Notes under the pieces: model-generated | The model's input: only the letters and a program-made list of their open reading frames with translations | What the model was told of the DNA's origin: nothing | Database searches by the model: none | Shown here: piece by piece, positions 1 through 9,285 of the stretch | How the letters are laid out: each line of letters starts with the position of its first letter | Numbering within the stretch: the first letter of the stretch is position 1 | Translations under genes and position numbers: made by a program | From: a virus | Taxonomy: Duplodnaviria > Caudoviricetes | Reading direction: 5' to 3' (one strand) | IMG/VR virus record: IMGVR_UViG_3300028888_000101 | Location: 1-64,000 of that record | Length of the DNA: 64,000 nucleotides

Positions 1-151
1 TTTCGTGGAGAAGATGAATGTCAGCAATTTTTAACTAATCCACTAGTCAGTGCAATTTTTAAGATTGAAGAACTTGAAAAAGAAGTAAATGACCTTTATG
101 AACAGATTGATGTATTGAGTTTATAAAAGGACAGATAAGGAGACTGTTCAA

Positions 152-439
152 ATGATTTACAAGATTTATGAAATCATAAACTACATAAGAAACAGGATAA
201 AACATCCGATTGGTCAGCTTATACCATTCAGGGATATGTACGGACAACCTCTTCATGTAGGTGATACTGTAAAGTGCAAGGGTAGCAACGGCATTATCCT
301 TTTCAACCCATCTTCAGAAGAATACGAAGTGTTTTTATCTTATTCACAATGGTACGGAAATAATATCTATAATCCGTACAGTTATGGTAAGAGTTACACA
401 CTCACTGAGCATAATCTTAAGACATTATTCATATTGTAA
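152..439 (+). CDS. hypothetical protein (weak YopX-like D-x-x-G-x-x-L-x-x-GD motif)
   Basis: ORF in a co-directional run; motif DMYGQPLHVGDTVK. Confidence 0.6.
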   Translation: MIYKIYEIINYIRNRIKHPIGQLIPFRDMYGQPLHVGDTVKCKGSNGIILFNPSSEEYEVFLSYSQWYGNNIYNPYSYGKSYTLTEHNLKTLFIL

Positions 440-451
440 GGAGAACAAGGA

Positions 452-658
452 ATGATAAGAACCTTTTATGCCATTACTCATAAGAACGAAGAAGGTAAGA
501 CTGTCTATTATGATTACTACAATCAGGTATGGCTTGTGACAATTGATATGGACTGCCTGTTCTCAGAAAAGGATATTGCAGAGAGTATTGCTGAATTACA
601 TTGGAAGAAGGGTTATTATAAAATAACTACATTCGAATTAAAGGAGATAGAGGAATGA
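452..658 (+). CDS. hypothetical protein, paralog of 655..855
   Basis: AGGA RBS; shares GKTxYYD...W...L.SE...A..I....Y.I..FExKEI with the next ORF. Confidence 0.75.
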   Translation: MIRTFYAITHKNEEGKTVYYDYYNQVWLVTIDMDCLFSEKDIAESIAELHWKKGYYKITTFELKEIEE

Positions 659-855
659 CAATACTATATGGACTGAGACAAATTAGCAGTTCAGGTAAAA
701 CATACTATTATGACTTTATCAATTATCATTGGTCTGCAAACCTTAATGAGAATACATTGACTTCCGAAGTATGGCTTGCACAGGAGATAGGAGATAAACA
801 CTTTCCCAATAATTATGAAATAGTAAGATTTGAAGTAAAGGAGATAGATAAATGA
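655..855 (+). CDS. hypothetical protein, paralog of 452..658
   Basis: ATGA-type overlap; motif shared with the previous ORF. Confidence 0.75.
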   Translation: MTILYGLRQISSSGKTYYYDFINYHWSANLNENTLTSEVWLAQEIGDKHFPNNYEIVRFEVKEIDK

Positions 856-1298
856 ATCTAACACAGTTTATTAATACCTACAAAGGTAAGAAGGTTGATT
901 ACAAGGACAAACAGTTTAAGGGAGACGGCAGCTATCAGTGCGTAGACCTGGCAAGACAGTATGTACATGATGTATTTAATGTAGACCAGTTCCCAGCACT
1001 TGGAGCAGACGGTGGTGCTAAGGACATCTTTGATAAATGCACCAATCTTAAAAAGACTGTTGAGAGTCCTACAGCAGATTATGACAAGGGTGATATTCTT
1101 ATTTGGGATAAGAGTAAGACAAACAAGTATGGTCATGTAGCAATCCTTGTAGCAATCTATAATACGAAATACTTTATTGTATTCGAGCAGGATGGATTCA
1201 AACAGGATGGTGCTAAGTTAGAGTTCCGAAGCAGAGAGAATCTTCGTGGAGCTTTGTGGAGACCTGTTCAGTGGGATGCTAAAGTTCCTGAAAATTAG
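852..1298 (+). CDS. CHAP-domain peptidoglycan hydrolase (catalytic domain only)
   Basis: YQCVDL (catalytic Cys), GDILIW and YGHVAI (catalytic His), EQDG. Confidence 0.85.
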   Translation: MNLTQFINTYKGKKVDYKDKQFKGDGSYQCVDLARQYVHDVFNVDQFPALGADGGAKDIFDKCTNLKKTVESPTADYDKGDILIWDKSKTNKYGHVAILVAIYNTKYFIVFEQDGFKQDGAKLEFRSRENLRGALWRPVQWDAKVPEN

Positions 1299-1301
1299 AT
1301 A

Positions 1302-1317
1302 ATTCTATAATTATAAT
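1302..1317 (+). promoter_or_regulatory. phage-specific promoter-like motif, consensus (A/T)TTCTA(A/T)(T/A)ATTA(T/A)A
   Basis: Copies at about 1302, 4505, 5572, 8455, 11227, 13681, 13778, 13945, 22650, 43158, 43400 (+) and 24231, 33155, 35672, 53401 (-); intergenic and usually just upstream of an RBS or RNA gene. Confidence 0.75.
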
Positions 1318-1330
1318 AAGGAGTAAAATT

Positions 1331-1498
1331 ATGAAAACAATTAAGGTAAACATTGATGTCAAATGTGCAAATGAGTTTGATATGAATAGACTTATCGATA
1401 ATTTAAGAAAGTCACTCATGGTAAATAATGTTGAAAGTTCTAAGATTGAATACAATGAGAATTGGTATGATGTGAACGAATGTTTCGAGAAGGAGTAG
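1331..1498 (+). CDS. small hypothetical protein (55 aa, below the ORF-track cutoff)
   Basis: AAGGAG RBS behind the promoter motif; MKTIKVNIDVKC...FEKE. Confidence 0.7.
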   Translation: MKTIKVNIDVKCANEFDMNRLIDNLRKSLMVNNVESSKIEYNENWYDVNECFEKE

Positions 1499-1501
1499 TA
1501 A

Positions 1502-1744
1502 ATGACATTTCTCGAATCATTAGCAAAAGACTGTATCGAGAATCATACCCACAAGTTAGTTGATAAACCTACCAAACAGGATATTTATCTCAGGGAAGAA
1601 TCAATCTATATCGCAGGGTATAAGGAATGTGAGAGAAGAATGAAGTGCTGCTATAATTGTTCTAAAGATTGTGGCCCAATAGACAGACGAAAATGTTTTG
1701 AAAATGAGATGAAAGATTGGGTAATGAAGGAGTTAGTGAAATGA
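1502..1744 (+). CDS. mosaic-family hypothetical protein (MKCCxNC module)
   Basis: RBS; Cys module shared with 32361..32891. Confidence 0.7.
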   Translation: MTFLESLAKDCIENHTHKLVDKPTKQDIYLREESIYIAGYKECERRMKCCYNCSKDCGPIDRRKCFENEMKDWVMKELVK

Positions 1745-1992
1745 ACAAAGAATTGAAAAAGGAAGCAGAAGATTATGCTGATAAATGGATAAAACATGCA
1801 ATAGACCATAAATCACTCACTTATTGGAATTCTTGTGTCGATGGGTATATTGCAGGTTCAGAGCCAAGAGAAAAGCATATTAGAAAGGCAAAAGATTTAA
1901 TTCGTAGACTAATTACAATCTATTGTGACCAAATAGAATATGACGAAGATGGTAATACATTAGAAGAAGCAAGACAGTTTTTAAAGGAGTAA
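1741..1992 (+). CDS. mosaic-family hypothetical protein (KEAE/AGSEPREK/EARQFLKE modules)
   Basis: ATG at 1741 follows AGGAG; modules shared with the 31-33 kb genes. Confidence 0.75.
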   Translation: MNKELKKEAEDYADKWIKHAIDHKSLTYWNSCVDGYIAGSEPREKHIRKAKDLIRRLITIYCDQIEYDEDGNTLEEARQFLKE

Positions 1993-1997
1993 AAAGA

Positions 1998-2192
1998 ATG
2001 AAAAAGATTAAGGTAAACAAATTATTCAAAGGTGATAAGGTTGTAATGCACACCTGTATGGAATCACACGGTCGTGAAGATGTTGTGTGGGAGTGTATCT
2101 GTGACAGTTGTGAAATGTGTGGTTCAGAAGTAGTATTCTTAAAAGGATATAGCGGTGCATTTGCTACTGAATTCTTAAAGAAGGTAGAATAA
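1998..2192 (+). CDS. hypothetical protein
   Basis: RBS, tight packing. Confidence 0.7.
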   Translation: MKKIKVNKLFKGDKVVMHTCMESHGREDVVWECICDSCEMCGSEVVFLKGYSGAFATEFLKKVE

Positions 2193-2453
2193 ATGAAAAG
2201 ATTTTTAATTGTATTAATGTTATTACTGTTTATCAGTCCGGTATTTGCCAGAACTATTCAGTGTGTAAAGAGCTATCAGGTTCTTAAAGATTATGCTGCT
2301 TATGGCAACACTTATGATGTAACACCTGCAATGCAGTCCATGCTTAATCAGGGTTGGAAGATTGTATCAATTACTCCTGTTACTGTAAGGAACGGAGATA
2401 CTATGCCAACTGATTATGTGATTGTAGTATTTGAAAGAGAGGAAAGTAAATGA
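2193..2453 (+). CDS. exported protein with DUF4177-like motif
   Basis: Signal peptide MKRFLIVLMLLLFISPVFA; LNQGWKIVSI...VFERE. Confidence 0.65.
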   Translation: MKRFLIVLMLLLFISPVFARTIQCVKSYQVLKDYAAYGNTYDVTPAMQSMLNQGWKIVSITPVTVRNGDTMPTDYVIVVFEREESK

Positions 2454-2866
2454 GGGATACATTACCAAACCGTGATATGGCGTATCTTGAAGGTTTAGGT
2501 GAGGAACTAGATAATGTTTTAAAAAAATCAAATAAGCCGCTTGTAGACGCAATAAACAATCTTGCAATGAATACTGGTAACAAGACAACAAGAGAGTATA
2601 ACGAACTTAAAAAGAAATATGCTGAACTTGAGAATAAGTATAAAAAATCTGATTTACTATTAAAGTCTATCATTACCATGTATACATTTGTCGTATTTAA
2701 TTATAATTGTCTAGGTGAACCATTAAACTCAGATAAAGTTGTGGAGATTATGGACCGGGCATATAACGATATTCAGAGACATCAAAATGATTTTATGCCA
2801 GACGTTCTATATGAGAACATAATCAATACAGGAAATGAAGTGTATGAAAAACTGATAGGAAGGTAA
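2450..2866 (+). CDS. hypothetical protein
   Basis: Overlapping start/stop; coiled-coil centre. Confidence 0.7.
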   Translation: MRDTLPNRDMAYLEGLGEELDNVLKKSNKPLVDAINNLAMNTGNKTTREYNELKKKYAELENKYKKSDLLLKSIITMYTFVVFNYNCLGEPLNSDKVVEIMDRAYNDIQRHQNDFMPDVLYENIINTGNEVYEKLIGR

Positions 2867-2869
2867 AAG

Positions 2870-3235
2870 ATGAAAAAGATTGAACTGAATAGAGGTAAAG
2901 GAAAGACAACTCGCTGCCTTAAACGAGCATTGAAACTTGTAAAGAAAGGTAAGAACGTAATCTACATCACACCATACGGAATGAATCACGCACATGACCT
3001 TTCGTTAAACTTTGCAAATAGGATACGTGGTAAGATTGATTATCATTATTTCTCTGCGAAAGGTAACAAGTTTGAATTCCCAGAGGGTAACTTCATCAAG
3101 TTTGTTTCATGGGAATACTATCACGAACATACAGGGAAAGAGTTTTACGACCACAGCCTGAATATTATCTTTGACGATATTCATATTCTGTTTGTCGGAA
3201 CTCTTGATACTGTATCTGTAACTAAGGGATTTTAG
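2870..3235 (+). CDS. small P-loop-like protein
   Basis: N-terminal RGKGKTT (Walker A-like) and IIFDD (Walker B-like). Confidence 0.55.
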   Translation: MKKIELNRGKGKTTRCLKRALKLVKKGKNVIYITPYGMNHAHDLSLNFANRIRGKIDYHYFSAKGNKFEFPEGNFIKFVSWEYYHEHTGKEFYDHSLNIIFDDIHILFVGTLDTVSVTKGF

Positions 3236-3239
3236 AATA

Positions 3240-3449
3240 ATGAAATATAAAGTATACGCACCTAACGGACAATTTATCTTTACAACAAATATAGATAAAG
3301 AATGTCCTTTGTGCCATAGTCCATTTATAAAAATAAAAGAACATGTAGATGAAGAAGAAATAGATTGTCTTTGTAGGAACTGTTCGTTGATATATGGATA
3401 TTTTCCGTTAAGACAATTTATTAAATTAAAAGGATTTGAGGAGAAATAA
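3240..3449 (+). CDS. zinc-ribbon microprotein
   Basis: CPLC...CRNC. Confidence 0.65.
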   Translation: MKYKVYAPNGQFIFTTNIDKECPLCHSPFIKIKEHVDEEEIDCLCRNCSLIYGYFPLRQFIKLKGFEEK

Positions 3450-3854
3450 ATGAAAACACAGATTATTTTTACTTGTGCAAGATGCGGCAAGGAACAGGTT
3501 GAGAATCTTAATTGTTTTACTGTTCGTAGATTCAAGTATAGAAACCTTATCGGTAAAGACAGTAGAGGTTATAAACTTGATAAGGAAATCTGTCCAGACT
3601 GTTACCGTTCACTTAAGATATGGTTGGACAATGGTGACGAGCATAAAGAGCTGATTGAAGAAAATAAAACTTTGATAAAGCAGAAAGATTATCTTAATGA
3701 ACAGAGAGTAAATCTTCAGACTCAACTTAGAGAAGCTAAAGAAGAATACGAACATTGTAAGGATTTCTGTCCAAGAAATATGCCTGACTATAATGAGTAT
3801 ATGAAAGGGTATGAGAAGTGGTACGAAAAGAAACATAAGGATGATATACAATGA
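3450..3854 (+). CDS. zinc-ribbon plus coiled-coil protein
   Basis: CARC...CPDC followed by a coiled coil. Confidence 0.7.
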   Translation: MKTQIIFTCARCGKEQVENLNCFTVRRFKYRNLIGKDSRGYKLDKEICPDCYRSLKIWLDNGDEHKELIEENKTLIKQKDYLNEQRVNLQTQLREAKEEYEHCKDFCPRNMPDYNEYMKGYEKWYEKKHKDDIQ

Positions 3855-4111
3855 GTGACGCAATAGATTACGTAGCACTTCAGAAATCAAAAGCAATTCA
3901 AAGCATGATTGCTCAGATAATGGATGAGGCATATCAGAATAATCTCACACCAGGTCAGACTGTAGAACTTGCAATCAAGAAAGGAATGGAATATCAGTAT
4001 AACCTAGACCATATAAACAAGTGGAGCGGTTATCAGTCTTCTGACTCCATAAAACTTGATGAAACCGGATTACCTTATTACGGTATCACTAAGAACATTG
4101 TGAAGGACTAA
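3851..4111 (+). CDS. hypothetical protein
   Basis: ATGA overlap. Confidence 0.7.
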   Translation: MSDAIDYVALQKSKAIQSMIAQIMDEAYQNNLTPGQTVELAIKKGMEYQYNLDHINKWSGYQSSDSIKLDETGLPYYGITKNIVKD

Positions 4112-4113
4112 AG

Positions 4114-4314
4114 ATGACCATATCAATCGAAATTCCAAAAGAGTTTGAAGAACATTTTAATACCGACAAATTCAAAGATAGTCTTGAGAGGATTCGTGTT
4201 GATGTTGAATGTGCCAGACTTTCATATCCCACAATGTCAGGTCTTTATGAAGTTGAACTTATCAAAATGCTGAGAGCCGCTTTTGATGTTTCAGAAGTCA
4301 TAAAGGAGAACTAA
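4114..4314 (+). CDS. hypothetical protein
   Basis: Tight packing. Confidence 0.7.
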   Translation: MTISIEIPKEFEEHFNTDKFKDSLERIRVDVECARLSYPTMSGLYEVELIKMLRAAFDVSEVIKEN

Positions 4315-4316
4315 GT

Positions 4317-4493
4317 ATGGATGATATTCCAAAGATTATCGACCTGTCACCTGAACTCGAATGGTATATCAAAAGATTACAGAAAGAGATTATTGAAAGG
4401 GATAATGCTACCACTCATTTTGTTGAAGGTATGAAAGAAGACAGAGCACGACAGCTTCTTAAATCACGTGTAAAGAGAATTCGTATCCTTTAG
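4317..4493 (+). CDS. small hypothetical protein (58 aa)
   Basis: AGGAG RBS; fills the gap before a promoter motif. Confidence 0.6.
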   Translation: MDDIPKIIDLSPELEWYIKRLQKEIIERDNATTHFVEGMKEDRARQLLKSRVKRIRIL

Positions 4494-4533
4494 AAATCAT
4501 TGTAATTCTAATATTATAACAAGGAGTAAAATT

Positions 4534-5226
4534 ATGTGGGAAGATTTTTATAATGAAGGTCCTTCTGACTTCGACATAGCAATCGAAGAGTTTAAAGAAG
4601 GATTACGAAAGACCGTCAGAGATGAGTATGTCAAAGAGATGGCTCGTCTTAAAAAAGAGAATGAAGAATTACAAGATGTGAAAAAGAATTGGGCACAGAT
4701 TCAAATGGAGTATCAATTCAAGGAAGAAAAGTTTAATCGTGAGAAGAGTGAGATTGAAAGGGAACTTGCTCGTAAGAAGATTAATGAACTTATTGAACTT
4801 GCAGACATTCATCAAGAATGTTATTGTATTGATACTGTTTATGGATATGTTCCTAAATGTGATAAATGTGATGAAAAACGTAAAATACATTTCAAATCAC
4901 CAAGCGGAAGAGATTGTGAAGAAGAATGTCCTGTATGTGGTAAGTATTGGTGTAAATATGTTGCAAAACCTATTCCATCTATTCGTATACGTTTTAATAA
5001 TGACCCTAATATTAAATGTGAAGTAATTTATACTTATCATAATGATTTTGGTGATAGTACGAATTACACGAATAAAAATATCTACAATGGCACGATAGAT
5101 GATTTTGATATTAAGACATATAACAAATATAATACGGTGTTTTCTTCAAAGGAACTTGCAGAACAGATTTGTGATAAATTAAATAAAGATGCTGGTGTTC
5201 CAGATAATCTTGAAATTAAGGAGTAA
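4534..5226 (+). CDS. hypothetical protein, coiled coil plus CxxC...CxxC zinc finger
   Basis: Promoter motif and RBS; KCDKC...CPVCG. Confidence 0.8.
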   Translation: MWEDFYNEGPSDFDIAIEEFKEGLRKTVRDEYVKEMARLKKENEELQDVKKNWAQIQMEYQFKEEKFNREKSEIERELARKKINELIELADIHQECYCIDTVYGYVPKCDKCDEKRKIHFKSPSGRDCEEECPVCGKYWCKYVAKPIPSIRIRFNNDPNIKCEVIYTYHNDFGDSTNYTNKNIYNGTIDDFDIKTYNKYNTVFSSKELAEQICDKLNKDAGVPDNLEIKE

Positions 5227-5231
5227 AATTA

Positions 5232-5552
5232 ATGAATGCATCATTCTACATTTACGATGTTGAAGGTTGTGAAGAATATATCAGGAAATCACAACTTAAG
5301 ATATGCATATACTACAATCCAACAATATCAGAAATTCCAAGAGAGTTCTCAAGAGAGTTCGACATGTACAGAAAACTTCTTACAATGGAGCAGATTAAAA
5401 AGCGTATCGAAGAAGGATATGTCATTGTTCCGCTTAGTAAAAGTATCTATCTGGTTGATTTGTTGAAGTATTATGACCTTGGATTGAAACCGTGCTTTAT
5501 GACAAGTAAGGCATTTAAGATATTCAGGAAAGTGTATAAAGACTATATGTAA
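5232..5552 (+). CDS. hypothetical protein
   Basis: RBS. Confidence 0.7.
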   Translation: MNASFYIYDVEGCEEYIRKSQLKICIYYNPTISEIPREFSREFDMYRKLLTMEQIKKRIEEGYVIVPLSKSIYLVDLLKYYDLGLKPCFMTSKAFKIFRKVYKDYM

Positions 5553-5599
5553 AGTTGTAGAAACCAGTAACATTCTAATATTATAACAAGGAGTAAATA

Positions 5600-6322
5600 A
5601 TGGAATTTTTAGCTGAAAGATGTTATACCGCATTGAACGCTGATGAACTGAAAGTGGGTAGCAAAGTTTTTGTTGCAGATAACCTTGCAACATTGAAAGA
5701 GTATGTAGACAGTGAACGTAGTATGGCAACAATCAGACATATTGCCAATGATTCGCAAGAACACAGATTTATTGTTCAGTTCAATAGTGACCCTAATACT
5801 TGTGCATGGGGTTTTGCCTACCTTATTTCAGAGCCGGAAGAAACTTGGATTGTTTATCTTTCCAGAAAAGGCTCATCTAATCCTGAAGATTATTACCTTA
5901 CAGCTTGTAGAAGTGACAAATGGGAATCTGTTAAGGAAGAATATAGTGCTAAGACCAAACTGTTTGAAGATACTGAAGATAAAGTTGAGGAATGGTATAC
6001 GTCTAGAAGACACCTCGCTGATATCATAGCAGCTTGGGAAGATGGTAAGAGTATTCAGTTTGAATATGATGGCCATTGGCTTGAAGCATCTAATCCAGAA
6101 TGGAAAACCAATACCAAATATCGTATTAAGCCGGAAGGTCTTAAATGGACTGACTTGAAGGTTGGAGATATCGTTCGTAGAATTGATACTGATACTGGTA
6201 CTGATGTAGAAGCTATGGTTGTTGCAATTGATAAGAACCCTGCCACAAATTTCCATGTTATGATTGGTAACGATTGGACAACAGATGATTGTTTAGCAAA
6301 TGCTTGGGGAAAGGTGGAATAA
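5600..6322 (+). CDS. multi-module hypothetical protein
   Basis: Promoter motif and RBS; modules ADELKVGSK, IIAAWEDGKSIQF...W...NPEW...YRIKP, LKVGDIV. Confidence 0.8.
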   Translation: MEFLAERCYTALNADELKVGSKVFVADNLATLKEYVDSERSMATIRHIANDSQEHRFIVQFNSDPNTCAWGFAYLISEPEETWIVYLSRKGSSNPEDYYLTACRSDKWESVKEEYSAKTKLFEDTEDKVEEWYTSRRHLADIIAAWEDGKSIQFEYDGHWLEASNPEWKTNTKYRIKPEGLKWTDLKVGDIVRRIDTDTGTDVEAMVVAIDKNPATNFHVMIGNDWTTDDCLANAWGKVE

Positions 6323-6643
6323 ATGAATCTTAGTAAAGACTTTTTAGAATGGTGGGAATCTTTCCTGAAGAAATGTAATTACACCCGAGAACAGGTGTTT
6401 GGTGATAAATGTAACAATAACTCAGGCATCATCATTCCTGTAAAATGGGTTGACTTTGCCTTCCATGCTCATGATGAAGAACTGGACAGACTGAGAAAGT
6501 TTGAAAAGAAGGTTCGTAAACTTCAGGATAAATGTAACAAGTATAGTGAGAAGTCTTTAGACTATTGGACAAGCAATCCAGAGAAAAGTGTTGAATACGA
6601 AATAAAGTATGATGAAGCTATGGAAGAATTTCTTTATTTGTAG
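6323..6643 (+). CDS. hypothetical protein
   Basis: Tight packing. Confidence 0.7.
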   Translation: MNLSKDFLEWWESFLKKCNYTREQVFGDKCNNNSGIIIPVKWVDFAFHAHDEELDRLRKFEKKVRKLQDKCNKYSEKSLDYWTSNPEKSVEYEIKYDEAMEEFLYL

Positions 6644-6661
6644 AAGGGAGATAAAGTATTC

Positions 6662-6958
6662 ATGATAAAGGTAAAGAGTAACGCCCCAGATAATTATACT
6701 TTCGTTTGTGATACATACGAAGAAAAGAACTTTATAGATTTACACCAAAATGAGTTGTTTGATAAGTTTATTAATATTCAAACTAAAGGTAAAATTAAGA
6801 ACCTTGAAGACCTTCACAAGAAAGCAACAGATTTAGAGTTTGGGAAAACATCTATAGAATACTTTTGGTATATATCTAGTGGACTTGAATGGCTACCATG
6901 TACAGTAGGCATATTCCAAGATTTTGTGAATAAGGAGTATGAGAATGACAAGGGATAA
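6662..6958 (+). CDS. hypothetical protein
   Basis: GGGAG RBS. Confidence 0.7.
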   Translation: MIKVKSNAPDNYTFVCDTYEEKNFIDLHQNELFDKFINIQTKGKIKNLEDLHKKATDLEFGKTSIEYFWYISSGLEWLPCTVGIFQDFVNKEYENDKG

Positions 6959-7133
6959 TGTTTTAATGGTTCTTGCCAGAAGATGGACTTGTAAATATAC
7001 AAAACGTGAAGTTGAAATGATGCTTGCAGGTAATGATGCTTATACACCGCTTGAAAAAGATAAGCTGCTATATTATTTCAACTGTTATAACGAATGTGAT
7101 GAAGTTGCTTATCCTTATGGAGAAACAAAATGA
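6939..7133 (+). CDS. hypothetical protein
   Basis: AAGGAG upstream; true start may be 6945. Confidence 0.6.
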   Translation: MRMTRDNVLMVLARRWTCKYTKREVEMMLAGNDAYTPLEKDKLLYYFNCYNECDEVAYPYGETK

Positions 7134-7324
7134 AACAACTGACCAAACAAAAGATACAGTTCTATGAATCAGCTTTTAATCGTGGACAGACTGTAATGTA
7201 TTTCAGTAAAGCTGAACACGATAAGTTTCCAGATTGTACCTGGTACACTTGGATTCCAATTAAGGATAAGAAAGATATTAAGAAGTGTGTATTAAACAAT
7301 ATTGAAATGAGGATAGACAGATGA
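7130..7324 (+). CDS. hypothetical protein
   Basis: ATGA overlap. Confidence 0.65.
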   Translation: MKQLTKQKIQFYESAFNRGQTVMYFSKAEHDKFPDCTWYTWIPIKDKKDIKKCVLNNIEMRIDR

Positions 7325-7587
7325 CAGAAGAAGAATTTTTTATAAACAATTATCCAGATTCTTGTTACGGAGATAGACCACTTAGTCCGCATTGGGATTT
7401 CTTTCAAGACGGTGTGGAGTTTGGAGAAAGAAAATCTAAAAAGCGGATTGAAGAACTTGAAACACAGATAAATGGGATGAAAACAGAATTACACCACAGA
7501 CTTGTTGACTCTTCACATGATGATAGTGATTGTCTTGATAAGATTATAGGACTTGACCGGCTTTGGCAGTTTGGGCAAGAGTTTTAA
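7321..7587 (+). CDS. mosaic-family hypothetical protein (RIEELETQI..MK module)
   Basis: Module resembles RIADLEAQIEKM in 32361..32891. Confidence 0.7.
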   Translation: MTEEEFFINNYPDSCYGDRPLSPHWDFFQDGVEFGERKSKKRIEELETQINGMKTELHHRLVDSSHDDSDCLDKIIGLDRLWQFGQEF

Positions 7588-7600
7588 GTGAGGTTGAGAA

Positions 7601-7825
7601 ATGACAATTCTTGAGACATTGTGGGATATTGTAGTAGCTGCTTTTTATGCAATTCTTATTCTATACATACTGTATGGCATCTGTGAGTTCTTTGATTGGA
7701 TTGAGTATAAGATATTTGAGAAGGATACGACAGAATATCTTAAACGAAAACACGAACGAGAATTTTTGGAAAGATATGATTATGATTTACATTTACAGTA
7801 TATGATGAGGGAGTGGAATTGGTAA
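7601..7825 (+). CDS. small membrane protein
   Basis: One N-terminal hydrophobic helix. Confidence 0.65.
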   Translation: MTILETLWDIVVAAFYAILILYILYGICEFFDWIEYKIFEKDTTEYLKRKHEREFLERYDYDLHLQYMMREWNW

Positions 7826-7826
7826 T

Positions 7827-8012
7827 ATGACATATATTAAATGCGATAGGTGTGGGGCACAGATACATCCATTAGATAATCAATCAGATATTACTGTCAT
7901 GGCAAATTTCGAAGTTCCAGTAGCTAATGCAAGAACATCACTTGATTTATGTGAAACTTGCACTAAGCAGTTTTATTCACATTTTATGAAGAATCATTAT
8001 AAGGAGCAATAA
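7827..8012 (+). CDS. zinc-ribbon microprotein
   Basis: CDRCG...LCETC. Confidence 0.7.
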   Translation: MTYIKCDRCGAQIHPLDNQSDITVMANFEVPVANARTSLDLCETCTKQFYSHFMKNHYKEQ

Positions 8013-8013
8013 A

Positions 8014-8202
8014 ATGAAAATAATATCAGTAAATGGGCACGGTAAATGTATTGAGTGCGGTAAAGAAACTTCAACTCAAATGTGGTTAGGCAGGATGCAG
8101 TTCTTCTTCTGTGAAACTTGTGTAAACAAACTGTCAGTAGAATCCACAAGATTTATGAATGATTATAAGATTAAAATAATGCAGAGCGTAAAGAAGGATT
8201 AA
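8014..8202 (+). CDS. zinc-ribbon microprotein
   Basis: CIECG...FCETC. Confidence 0.7.
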   Translation: MKIISVNGHGKCIECGKETSTQMWLGRMQFFFCETCVNKLSVESTRFMNDYKIKIMQSVKKD

Positions 8203-8206
8203 ACTT

Positions 8207-8443
8207 ATGGAATTAAAAGTCACTGAGATACTACATGATGGCAAATTGGAAATCACTCGCACCTTCCACGATGTTACTGATATAAAGGAAGTCGCAACTC
8301 ATCACGGAGATACATACCCTGAGATTCATGAGTATATGAGTTATTGGTACGAAGTATGGTCAGGTGATGATAAACTTGGTGGATTCAGTAAAGACAATGC
8401 CAAGGTGTCATTAGTGCTTAATAAGACAGAACAGCTTCAGTAG
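8207..8443 (+). CDS. hypothetical protein
   Basis: Tight packing. Confidence 0.65.
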   Translation: MELKVTEILHDGKLEITRTFHDVTDIKEVATHHGDTYPEIHEYMSYWYEVWSGDDKLGGFSKDNAKVSLVLNKTEQLQ

Positions 8444-8485
8444 AAATCAAAGTAATTCTATAATTAAAGTTAGGAGCAATAAATT

Positions 8486-9070
8486 ATGGATATTTACGAA
8501 ACAATTGAACGAGACGAAAATCTCAAACGTCTTATGGCAATCAGTAAGGCGAATGAACTTGTAACAGAGATGCAGCGTGAGGTAGATAAATACACTAAAC
8601 TACTTCAGCTTGCTAAGGAAGACCAGGTTTACACAGTAACTCACAATGTAAATTATTTTAATTTCCTTTTTAGAATTAAACCTGCACAGGATTATTTTCA
8701 TCTCGCCAAAGATACAGATAAACGTTCTAAGGAATACAAGGCTAATAAACTGATGTTTGAATCTCTCCAAAAGTATCTGGAAGATGAAGTATTCAAGAAA
8801 CCAGTCAAGATTGTGGATATGTATTCTGGCGGTTATGAAAGTTACTATTATGAAATTATATTCACTATTCCAGATTCAGACACTAAATACATTTTCACTG
8901 TACCGAATCCTGATGTAATCAATACAAAGAATTTTGAATATGCTTTTGAAGGTAAACTTGCTTTCGGATATTATAAAGGTGAAGGTTGTCATTACATCGA
9001 AGAAACTTCTTATTGCATTGAAGATATAACAAAGGCTTTTGATAAGTTTACAAACAAGGAGGATAAATAA
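8486..9070 (+). CDS. hypothetical protein
   Basis: Promoter motif and RBS. Confidence 0.8.
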   Translation: MDIYETIERDENLKRLMAISKANELVTEMQREVDKYTKLLQLAKEDQVYTVTHNVNYFNFLFRIKPAQDYFHLAKDTDKRSKEYKANKLMFESLQKYLEDEVFKKPVKIVDMYSGGYESYYYEIIFTIPDSDTKYIFTVPNPDVINTKNFEYAFEGKLAFGYYKGEGCHYIEETSYCIEDITKAFDKFTNKEDK

Positions 9071-9072
9071 TT

Positions 9073-9285
9073 ATGAAAGCAGATAAGAATGTATTTCCAT
9101 ATAAGTTATATGACAGTAATGGTAAAGGTACTGTCTATACAGGGCTTAAGGTCCGTGATTACATTGCGATTCAGGCTATGACAGGTCTTAGTGCTAATCC
9201 ACAACTTACAGAACGAGGTTTTGATGAAATAGCAGATATGGCCTACAAACAGGCAGATGAAATGATTAAGAGGAGTGAGAAATGA
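9073..9285 (+). CDS. conserved phage hypothetical protein (RDYxAxxAMxG...AYxxADxM family)
   Basis: GLKVRDYIAIQAMTGL...AYKQADEMIK. Confidence 0.75.
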   Translation: MKADKNVFPYKLYDSNGKGTVYTGLKVRDYIAIQAMTGLSANPQLTERGFDEIADMAYKQADEMIKRSEK

